Origin: Mesotaenium endlicherianum
Taxonomy: Eukaryota
Length of the DNA stretch: 64,000 nucleotides
Direction: 5' to 3'
Assembly (NCBI GenBank): GCA_009602735.1
Contig: WELA01002985.1
Coordinates: forward strand, 447,527 to 511,526
A program made the translations under genes and the position numbers. Shown here piece after piece: positions 39,942 through 49,688 of the stretch. Position 1 is the first letter of the stretch, and every line of letters starts with the position of its first letter. The notes under the pieces were generated by a model, which saw only the letters and a list, made by a program, of their open reading frames with translations, was not told the origin of the DNA and made no database searches.

Positions 39942-41924
39942 TCATCCCAGCCTGTAGCGGCGGGTGCTCCTCATAGGGCGCCGATAACGCCCATACTTCA
40001 CCCACTTCCAGCCCGGGCGGAGCCGCCACCTCTTAAACTCATGCGGCGCCTCACCGCCAGCTGGACTCGTGGCCTTATTCTTCAGGCCGCCACGTGTCCC
40101 AGTACTGGAGGAAGAGATTTCTGCCGCACGCACAGAATGTGCAGCAGCTGCGTTCGCTCTCACGACTGGCTCCACCGGTCCTTTCGCGCCTGCACTTCCT
40201 CCACCTGCTCCTGCTGCTGCTTCTCCTCTGCCTTGCCCAGAGCCAGGTGCCGCAAGCTGGGACCTCCGTTCTGCAGCAACAGGAGGAGTACGCGACTGGT
40301 GTGCCGCTGCTTGTTGGTGTGCCTTGCCAAGGGACGCAGCAAGCTCGCCAGTCCGAGGCGCCACCTGTCCACGGCGCGATGCTGATAGTGCGGGGGATTT
40401 CATGAAAGCCTCGTTCCTCATCTTCTCCAAAGGCTGCGGCGCTTCTGGAGCTGCCCCTCGTGCCAGGAGCTGGTCCCCCTTTGTGGAGCCCCCCCCACCG
40501 CCCACTCCAGCTGTAATGCGCTCAGACAGCAAGCGCTTAGTAGAGCTGCCAGCCTCGCTCTGCTTCCTCTTCTTCTTCTCATTCAGTGCCAGGGGTGCAT
40601 CTCTTGCCTTTCGTTGAGACGACCCATCATCTGCGCGTTCTGTCAACTTGGCTCTAGCAGCGGCCTCTTTGACCCCCGGCACAGCTATGCCTGGGCGACC
40701 TCCTCCCCCCACTTGGTTGCGCTTCATGGGCTGATCCCTCCTGGATATGTCGTCCAGCGATTTGACCCCCTTCGACGCGGTCCCCTCGCCTTGGCTGGTA
40801 CTTTTCTCATCTTCTTTCTTGGTTCCTGCCGCGTGGCGAACATTGGGCCCCGCCACATGGCCCATCTTCTGGAGGAGAGGCGCTCCTTGAGGAGGGTCCA
40901 ACCCCAGCACTCCATCCACCATCTTCTGCTTCTTCTTGTTCTTCTGCTCCTCCGCCTTGTCCTTCAACGACGCGATTCCACTTAACGGCGCATCTTGAGC
41001 CCTGAGGCTCCCTGGTGTCAGTGCAATCTCATCCCGCTTTCTCTTCTTAGACTTCTCCCCAGGTGCTTGCTCCGCTCTCCTCCTACCCTCCCCGGCAGCT
41101 GCAGATCCGCCCTTTCCTCCCTGCTGCGCTGCTTGTGCCGCCGCGCCTTCGCCACCAGCCGCGCCAGGTGGCACCGCTCCAGCATCTTGATCGGCAGGCC
41201 CGCCCACAGCAGCGTCCCCTCCAGCCGCTGCTCCTCCAGCCCTCTTCTGCTTCCTCTCCTCCTTACCTGCCTTCCCGGCCATTGCCCCACCTTCTACCAC
41301 CATAGCGCCACCGCCCAAGGATCCCTTCCGAGCTGCCCCCTGCGCGCCCCTGTGAGGCGCAGCCCCTTCCTCCTTGCTCTTAGCGCCCTGCCTGTGCCCC
41401 CCACTGCTGCCGCTCGCATCTCCAGCCTGCTGCGTCCCCGCACTGCGGCCCGCCACAGCGGCTGCAAGGGCCCTCTTCATCTCTCGGATTGAAAGCTCCG
41501 CCGTCCCCCTCTCTTTCTTCTCCTTTTCCTGCTTCTCTTCCTTCTTCTGCTTCTTCTTCTCCTGGGAGGTTGACGAGACGTGGGGGCCCCCTGCTGGGCT
41601 TTGCAATGCCGCCACTGCCTGCTCCTCATGCCCCCTCTCCTGCTCGCTCCTCCCTACCTTGCTGGCAGAACCACTGGCTTTCTGAAGCCCCTGCTGCTGC
41701 TGCAGGCCCCGCTTGTTCCCTCCCGCTCTCTCCTCCTCCTCCTCCTCCTCCTGGTGCTGCTGTTGCTCCTGCTCTTTCACAGCCTTCTCCCCCGCATGGC
41801 CCTTAGCGTCTGACGGCACCGCCACCTGGCAAGCCCCCGTGAGCGGTGAAGCGCCGCCGGCACGCAGCATGGGGACTCTGGTGTGGAATTGCGCCAGGTA
41901 CGCCATCACCGCTTGTGTCCTCAC
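39942..41924 (-). CDS. Large terminal exon of an unknown low-complexity Gly/Ala/Lys/Glu-rich protein with multiple NLS-like basic runs
   Basis: ~660-codon open frame starting at a GGCAG acceptor (41924); KKKQKK, KSKKRKR, KKKRK runs; no recognised domain. Confidence 0.6.
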   Translation of the reverse strand: MRTQAVMAYLAQFHTRVPMLRAGGASPLTGACQVAVPSDAKGHAGEKAVKEQEQQQHQEEEEEEERAGGNKRGLQQQQGLQKASGSASKVGRSEQERGHEEQAVAALQSPAGGPHVSSTSQEKKKQKKEEKQEKEKKERGTAELSIREMKRALAAAVAGRSAGTQQAGDASGSSGGHRQGAKSKEEGAAPHRGAQGAARKGSLGGGAMVVEGGAMAGKAGKEERKQKRAGGAAAGGDAAVGGPADQDAGAVPPGAAGGEGAAAQAAQQGGKGGSAAAGEGRRRAEQAPGEKSKKRKRDEIALTPGSLRAQDAPLSGIASLKDKAEEQKNKKKQKMVDGVLGLDPPQGAPLLQKMGHVAGPNVRHAAGTKKEDEKSTSQGEGTASKGVKSLDDISRRDQPMKRNQVGGGGRPGIAVPGVKEAAARAKLTERADDGSSQRKARDAPLALNEKKKRKQSEAGSSTKRLLSERITAGVGGGGGSTKGDQLLARGAAPEAPQPLEKMRNEAFMKSPALSASRRGQVAPRTGELAASLGKAHQQAAAHQSRTPPVAAERRSQLAAPGSGQGRGEAAAGAGGGSAGAKGPVEPVVRANAAAAHSVRAAEISSSSTGTRGGLKNKATSPAGGEAPHEFKRWRLRPGWKWVKYGRYRRPMRSTRRYRLG

Positions 41925-42240
41925 CTGCCACACCACGGAAGTTAACCCAAGCTCTCAGGCGGGGGCTATGCGCCCGTAATTCTCATCATCTACCCATCAA
42001 GTTCTAAGAGCCAAAGGTTGACGGTGGGAGCAGAGGAGGGGGGGCGGGAAATATATCGTAGCAAGCTTCATCTCAGGCTCAGTTGTCTCATTAATATTCC
42101 TTACTTGCATATACGTGAAGCCCAACCTTTTCTGTCAGGAGCAGGAGGCCAGAGAGACGTCATAAACAAGACTGGCCTTGCCGTTAAAGAGAGGGAGGGA
42201 GAAAGAAGGGAGGAGGGGGGGGGGGGAGAGGCAGGCAAAC

Positions 42241-42332
42241 CTTGACGCTGATGGAGCAGCCGACCGTGCGGGCGGGCTTGAGGAGTGGCCTGCCGCCCAC
42301 TATGAGGTGGACCAACGACGTTTTCCCCACCC
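42241..42332 (-). CDS. Orphan exon of a LIP1/RabL3-like small GTPase (P-loop region)
   Basis: CAG/GTTTG-bounded 92-bp exon encoding GVGKTSLVHLIVGGRPLLKPARTVGCSISVK, resembling plant LIP1 GVGKTSLVHLI..GS...RP.QTIGC.VGVK. Confidence 0.7.
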
Positions 42333-43653
42333 CTGCAGCAGGTGTCGCCAACAGAGGGCCAACAGGGGGCCAGGTGCGCCANGGCCGGAGAAGGCCGAAG
42401 GCCCACTTGCACAAGGCGCTCTCATCACGAGCCTCCTCAGCCTCAGCCACAGCTCACTACGACAGCGGGAAGCACGCGGCGCAGTCACTGATTTGCAGGC
42501 ACGACGCCCCAATGGCTCTGCCTTAACGGCAAGGTAGACAGGCGGGCACGGCGTGCGCGAGATGAGAAGCACGATATGAATGGATCTTCTCTGAGCAGGA
42601 GGCAGACCGAGCCCCAGGCCCTAGGCCCAGATCGTGCACCCCTGAAGCGGCGGACGAGCGAATCTCATCCCAGAGAGCAATCTAGTCGCCATAACCAGAG
42701 AGGAGTGCTGATACTTCCGGGGCTCACTTCGAGACCACAATAAAAGTGTGTAGAGGGAAGCATGTTCAAGAAGGGCGCCCCGGATCGTACCTGTGAAATT
42801 GCCATTTGTCGGCACCTGGCAGCTGTGAGCAACTGCGCCCGAGCAGTGCTTGCAAATCTGCAACCCCTCGCAGATAGAGGCAGACGACGACGACGACGAC
42901 GACGACGGATCACAGTATATCAGACTAGGATGACCTATTACAGGTTAATTTCCATGCATGACCCGCGACCACTCCAAAATCTCACACGCGCCACACAAAC
43001 TTCCAAGCCCCTCAGGCCGCCAGATGCTGCCAGTGAACGCCAGATGCTGCCAGTGAACGCCCTTAAAGCCCACAAGGCCAGACAACACGTTGTTCCAGAG
43101 AGGAAGGGTGAGGCTGCGGTGGCCGGACACATCGCTGGGAGAAAGAGGCAGCAGCAGAGACAGGGGTAGAGACACAGACGCAGACAGAAGGAGGGGGGGG
43201 ACAAGTGAACATCGCAAGGAGGCAAGCAGTGTGTGCATGCACTAAGCACACGTGACCCATGCATGCATGCATGTCTGACTGAACGTGGCCGATATAACAA
43301 GACCGGCAAAAACAGAACGCAGGCAAGCATGCGCGGCAGCAGCGGACAGCAAACAGCGGACAATCTCAACCACATGCTGCTAAAAGCCGGCGCCCCGCGA
43401 GGGACACGCTGTCATGCCTGCCGCCTCCCTCTTCCCAGGCCACACCGGGCACGCGAGAAACTGGAAATGCATGCAGACCAGAATATAGACAGGAGGGGCA
43501 CACGCAAGCCAAACGAACAACGACAACAACGGCAAAAATGACAAAAAGGAAGGACTGGAAGAGAAGACAAGCGTGACAGCCAATGACAAGGCCGGGGGAG
43601 GGCCCTGAGACTGCCGCGGGAGGGCGGGAGGGCGGGAGGGCGGGAGGGCGCAC

Positions 43654-45723
43654 GTGAAGGCGCGGTCCAGCTTGCTCTTGGTGCGCGCCAGCTTGCGCTT
43701 CAGCGCGCGCTGCGCCGCCCGCATCTCGCCGTGCACTCGCGCCGTCCTTCCCCTCTCCTCCGCCAGCTCCGCCAGCGCCGCCCTTAGCTCAGCCACGACA
43801 GGAGTCTCCGTCTCAGTCCCCGTCTCTGTGCCTATACCTGTCTGCGCCCCCGTCTCCGGCCCTGTCTCTGTCCCTGTCCCGGTTTCCACTTCAACTTCTG
43901 CCGCCGTCCCCGCCTGCTTACCCTTGCCAACGCCAGGGGAGTCAGCTGGCTGGAGGGAGCTTTGTACGACGGGTGTCACCGCGTCAGCTGCAGTGACCTC
44001 AGGGGGACCACTTCCAAGCATGGGATTCGGAGACATGGCGGTGACCGTGGGACCCCGCGGACGCCTCTTAAAAACTATGGCTCTCTCTTCCTCCTCCTCT
44101 TCCACCGCCTCCGCTGCCGCACCTTCAAGAGAAACAGCAGCTGCAGCGGCAGCAGCAGCTTGGGCAGCAGCAGCGGGGGCAGCAGCAGCGGGGGCGGCAG
44201 CAGTGGGAACGGCAGCGTGGGCGGCAGCAGCGGGGGCGGCAGTGGGGGCAGCAGCAGCTGGGGCGGCAGCGGGGGCAGCAGCAGCGGGGGCAGCAACAGC
44301 AGCAGGGGGAGCAGCAGCAGGGGGGACAACAGCAGCGGGGGCGGCAGCGGCAGCAGTAGTTGCAGCTGGAGCACCTGCAGGCACGGACAATGCACCATCA
44401 GGCTTGCCCAGCACAACCACCCTGAGCTCCTCCTCTGCCCCCTTTGCTTCCTGCACTTGCTGCTGCTGCTTCTGGTCCTGCAGCATCAGCTCTTCCTGCA
44501 CCTTCTCCTCCTTTTGCTCGAGCCCACCCTCCTCGCCTACCGCTTGCTGCACCGCCTGTTGCGAGCTTTCCGCCGCTGTAGCATGCTCCGCAATGGCTGC
44601 CTTCTCCTCAGTCGGCAAAACCTCAGCCCCCGGTAACGCCTCCAGAGAACCCCCCCCGCCCAATGGCGTTACCCCCCCTGCCCCCGCCCCTCCTCCTCCT
44701 CCTCCTCCTCCTCCTCCTCCTCTTCCTGGAGAGCTCCCCCCTGGGAGATCCAAGTTGCCCTCCAACCTGGCTTGGGCACGCGTTCGCACGCCCCCAGTGG
44801 GGGTGCCCGGGCGTGGCGTGGCCTCTGCCCTGGGCTTGCGCCGGGAGGACGTGCCCCGGGGGGTTTTGGCAGGCCGCGGCGTCTGCACCTCTCCTGTCGA
44901 ATTTGCCCCAGGTCCCCCGCCAGGCTCAGCCGGCCTCTGCACCACCCCCTCCGTGTCGGCTGAGCTCTCCCGGGTCCTTTGCGTGCCCTCGCTCCGCTCC
45001 CAATTCGGCCCGGCCTCCGACCCCGCCTGCGAGGGCCGACAGCTGTCAGACTCATGGGCCTGACTGCTGTCGGGGTCCTGGTGAGCATCCCCCCTAGCGG
45101 CAACAGAGGTCGTTGCAGTGGCAGTGGCAGTGGTTGCATCGTCCGACTGCGCCGGCTGCAAAAGAGAAGCTGCAGCCACTGCTGCTGCTGCTGCAGCAGC
45201 ACCGGCACTCTCGCGGGTTGACTTGCTCCCCGTACCCGCACCTCCTCCTGCAGGGCCCAGGAGGACGCCACCTGGCAACGCCGTGCCCGCTTGCTGTTGC
45301 ACGAGGCCCGTCTGGGACGAGGCCCCGCCTCCCTCTGCTGCTGTTGCTGCTGTTGCTGCTGCAAGTTGCTCTGCACAGAAACAAACAACCCCGTGCCGTG
45401 TGGCAGAGATGTGCGTGAGGGAAAAGAGGGGTACAATGGACCACTTGGGTGATAGCACGCTACTGGGTTGGGATGGGGTGGGGTGAAGGCGCATGAAGAC
45501 GTAGGCTGGGGTGGGTCGTGGGGCGCCCTTGCTTCAAGCAGACAAACCGCGGCCAAGTGTGTGCAGCAGCGGCAGCGCCGCCATACACTGCCGCACCAGG
45601 TGCCCTCAGGTTATGTTGCCGGAGGAGATGAAACAACTCCTTCCTGCTGGCCATGCGCTCTTCACAACAGCAATCTGTGCTCGAAGAAGAGGCGAGTCGG
45701 GCAAGGCCCTTCTGCGGCGCCAT
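43654..45723 (-). CDS. Unknown Ala/Pro/Gly-rich disordered protein with C-terminal coiled coil (partial)
   Basis: Large exon 45370-43654 (TGCAG acceptor, GTGCG donor) in a 704-aa ORF; phase-compatible upstream exon 45723-45597. AAPAA repeats and the coiled coil AELRAALAELAEE...LKRKLARTKSKLD. Linkage to neighbouring exons is unresolved. Confidence 0.55.
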
Positions 45724-46648
45724 TTTTTAAGCCTCACACCCAAAACCCTGTCCTGAACCCTGACCCCTGAACTCAGACTCGCTTCCTCCCCCCTCCCAGG
45801 TCCAGGCTTTAGTCCTGCCGCAAGAAGCCTCAGAAAGCAAAATTCCGACGTTGAAGGTGGTGCTCACCGCCTGTCGTGATGATTGCCGCGCTGTCTCTGG
45901 CTTCGGTCGTCCCTTGCCGCCCGACAGGTGTCGCCGCGTGCTCATTGGCAGCCTCGTGAGGGCTCGAGGGCGCCTGCCGGGAGACGTACCCGCCGCCGAG
46001 GTCGGGGCTGAGCTCCTCGCGGCCACCGGCTGGAAAGATGGCAACTTGCAGTGTGTGGTGTGCAGCCCCCTGAGCAGAAAGTTTGGACCAAACGAGGAAT
46101 TAGAAGACAGGGGTCATGGGCGGGCCAGGAGGACAAGATCCGAAGAAGAGGGGGACGGGGAGGGGGGNTCAGGGCAGAAGACCCAGAGATTGGCCTCCTG
46201 TAAACCTGACAGCCGTCATCAGGGAAGGCAGGAGCACAATCACGGCACTACAACAGAGGTGGCGGCTCGGCAGTGGTGCCACGTGACATGTGCTCTGGGC
46301 GGCAGATTCCTTTCAAGCCGGAAGGAAAGCTCCAATTGCCACAAGCGCACACCAGTCCCTTCCTTGCTTAAGCATGGCCATGGAACATAGCAGACCTCCC
46401 AATCTGCGCCAACCGGACACACATGGAGGAGAGGAGGCGAAAAGTGCGAGAGCAAGAGAGGGCAGAAGAGAGGGAGAGGGAGAACAGAGGGAAAGAACAG
46501 GGAAGGGGTCGGGGGGGGGGGGGNNNNNNNNNNNGGGGGGGGGGGGGGGGAGAGAGATAGAGAAGGGGAGAGAGACACAGAGGAGGAAAGGCACAGAGTG
46601 AAAGAGGGAGAGATAGGCGGAGATTGAACAGGAGATGGAGATCCCCAC

Positions 46649-49600
46649 CCCTGAAGCGTCCAGGTGGCTCTGGGCTCTTGGCGGAGTGGCCAATATCGAA
46701 ACACTGCTGCTGCCATCTGGCGCTCCAAGCTGAGCACTTCCAACCCCCGCTCCGACTCCCACTCCTTCGGCGTTGCCTCTTGTTGATCTGCTGTGAGCAC
46801 CTGATGGCAGATCCTGGCCCTTGTTGCCCACACTGCCAGCCTCCCCGTTTGCCGCACCTCCCCCACCCCTTGCGGCATCCAGCTCCCCCTCTATTGCGCC
46901 GGCCCTGCTTGTTCCGCCATCGGCGCTAGCATTGCCACGTGGCGCTCCGTGCCCCCCTTTCACTCTATCCCACACCTCCTCCGGGCTCTCCTCCTGCCTG
47001 TCCAGCTCATTAACAGCCAGCTCGCGAGCGCTCTCCGCCCAGGCCGAGAGCGTGGCCTCTTCCTCCACCGCCACAACCGCCGCCGCCGCCGCTGCCCCCG
47101 CTGCTGCCGCTTCTGCTGCCGCTGCCGCCGTTGCTGCCGCAGCCGTTGGCGCTGGTGCCTGTGGTGCAGGGCCTCCCTGCACTCCACGGATGCCAACTGG
47201 CAGGGGGGCGGCGGCAGGTGCGGAAGTACCAGCTGTCAGCACATTGTGCTGCACAGGACTTCTCAACCCTGCTGTTCTTGCGGCGCTGGGCGGTGCTGCA
47301 GCCGCGGGCGTGGAGGCGCTATCTGAGGGCACAGCCTGCTGCAAAGGAGTCCCAGTCACGGCGGCTGTGAAGACAACAGACGGAGCTGGGCTGGGCGTAG
47401 CGTTGCTAGCTGTCGGCACCGGCGTAGCACCAGCTGTCAGCACTGACGCGGCGTCAACCGGCGCTGGTGACAACACGCCGGGCGATGGGGCAGGCGCTTT
47501 TTCTTGGCGCCCAAGGGTGGCAGCCTTCTTGCTAGCGCACACCGCGAGCGCCACCCCCAGCTTCGATGCCTGCGATGGTCGCCCTTTCAAAAACGAGGGC
47601 TGATCCTTCACCTCCTCCTCCTCCGGGGCTTTGGCTGGGATTGAGGTGTCGGTGCCCGGGCCGCGCAAGCTAGGAGCCTCCAGGGCCTCTTCAGACTGCA
47701 GCGAGCCAGGGGGATCGACTCCTTTTCTGGAGCTCCTCCGTGGGGACACCGCCGGTCTCTGGGGGGTGTTCTCAGCAGAAGAAGCAGCTGCCTTTGCTGA
47801 CGTCAAACCTTCCCCCACCGGAGCGGCAAGAGTTGGCAGTGAGGGGGGTTTCAGGCCCACGCCGTTCTCCAGAGCCTTCGCCAGCTCTGCTGGGTGAGGG
47901 GTGCCTGCAACGACGTCCTCGGCTGCAGCTGCTGCAGTTGCGTCGGCGCCTGAAGAGCTTGCGCCTGCTGCTGCAACCAAGCCTGAGCCTGCCTCTTCTT
48001 TTGTGGCCGCAGCTAAAGCTGCTGCTCCCAAAGCTGCTGCTTCTAAAGCTGTCGGAAGGCTAGCAACGGCGGCAGCCGGGCCTGCTGCGTTGGCGGCAGA
48101 GCCAGTGGGAGCTAAGCACGTCACTGTCAGAGCAGCACCGACAATGAGAGCTGCAACTGCGCCTCCTTCTCCTCTTCCTCCCTCCCCTCCTGTCCCTCCT
48201 GCCCCTCCCATCCCTCCTTTGCCTCCCTCGCGTGCCTCGGCCGTGCCTGCCTCAGATGGTAAGGCTGGCTGTACCGCTGCTTTCCCCACTCCAGCTGCCG
48301 GAGCCTGCTCTGCCGCCGTCAGCTCAGCAGCTCGCTCAACAGCCGCCAGCTCAGCCAAGGCCTGCTCTGTCAGCTGAAGCCCTCCCGTGTGCCTCATGCC
48401 TCGCCCTTTTTCTGCTGACAGACCCGCACTGGCTACGCGGGCAGGGCCTTGTGCAATGACAGGTGGCGTTGCTGGAGAAGAGCTCTCCCCCAGGTTCACC
48501 CCTTCCCGCCCTGACAGGCCTAACACAAAGCTGCCAAATGGCGTCCCTGAACTGGCCCCTCCTCCTGGATTGCGCACGGCGATGGGTACTCCAAACCCGC
48601 CCCCAACGTAGTAGTCCCTTGCAGCGACAGCTGTCGCCTCTGCCTCCGCCAGACCCTTCAGCACAGACCCCTTCCTCGCCTTCTTTCTCGCCCTGTTCTG
48701 TTCTCGCCTCCTCTCGGCCTCGGTCTGGACCTCTAGGTGGCCAAAACCGCCGGAGGAACGGTCAAATGTAAAAGCAGCAGGTTGGCCCAAGGTCCCGACA
48801 GCACCTGCCTGCTTTGCTCTATTTCTTCCGAGATGAGTAGATCCTGGCTGTCCAGAAGGAGGGCTGAAAAGGAAGCTGCTCGGCTCCCCAGCAGAAAACC
48901 CTGACAAACCAAGAGCAGGCTTCTTGTGTCTTGATTTTAAGCTACCCCTCTGCTTGCCCTCTCCCTTATTCAAGTGGCTGCAGCCTGCGCACCTGTAGAA
49001 GGCCTGTCGTCTCACATATCTTTTTTTGGTCTTTTTCTTTACTGGAGTTTTTGCTTCGCTCAGCTCCGGATCAGAGACTAGTCTCAAGCTCTTGTCTGTA
49101 GCGGTATCCGCCTTAGGGGGAGACAAGTGGACTACTTTGAAGGTTCCAGGCAACAGTGGAGCTTCACACCTGCCCCCATGATGATCAGCAACAAGATGTG
49201 GGTGAATAAGCAGGCGAAGAGCATGCATATGACACACCTTAAGTCCAGGTTAATGTAATACATTCAGCTTCAACTCTCCAAACGTAACAGAAACCAATAC
49301 GGAGGAAGGTTAATGGAACTGCAAGGCCAAAAACGCCATGATGACGAGATAATAAGGTGCAGCATCTCATGCAAACGTCATGAACCACTCCCGCGACAAG
49401 CAGAACTGAATGCTTCCAAGAGACCGTATTGTTCCACGTAGAGTCAGAAGGGTAGTCTGCGCCAATCACGACACCTCACTCTTACTTGTCGCAAGTTTGA
49501 TGTAATATTTCAGGTGAAGGCTGCAGTCCATGGTATTCAGCAATACTCTGAAGGCGGACACTAAGATGTGTTGCAACTGGCGGTGAAACTCGTGCAAGTG

Positions 49601-49688
49601 CTTTGGCGGCTTCCCACAAAAAGTGTACTCTTTGCTGCACAGGAATTGCTGGGGCGTTCTTTGATGCCCGTAGAGGCACAGCTGCCAT
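46649..49688 (-). CDS. RNase P/MRP Rpp21/Rpr2/Snm1-like zinc-ribbon protein with long low-complexity C-terminal extension (3' end unresolved)
   Basis: Exon 49688-49486 (QQRVHFLWEAAKALARVSPPVATHL...EILHQTCDK) spliced to exon 49169-46649 (CEAPLLPG...YRCAGCSHLN), giving CxxC...CxxC as in the Rpr2 family. Confidence 0.7.

Noticed and set aside
41880..41924. Calponin-homology-like helix (AVMAYLAQF)
   Set aside because: Only a short resemblance; the rest of the domain is not visible
43654..48771. Long plus-strand ORFs (e.g. 43654-45063, 46821-47603)
   Set aside because: Antisense shadows of GC-rich, Ala-rich minus-strand exons
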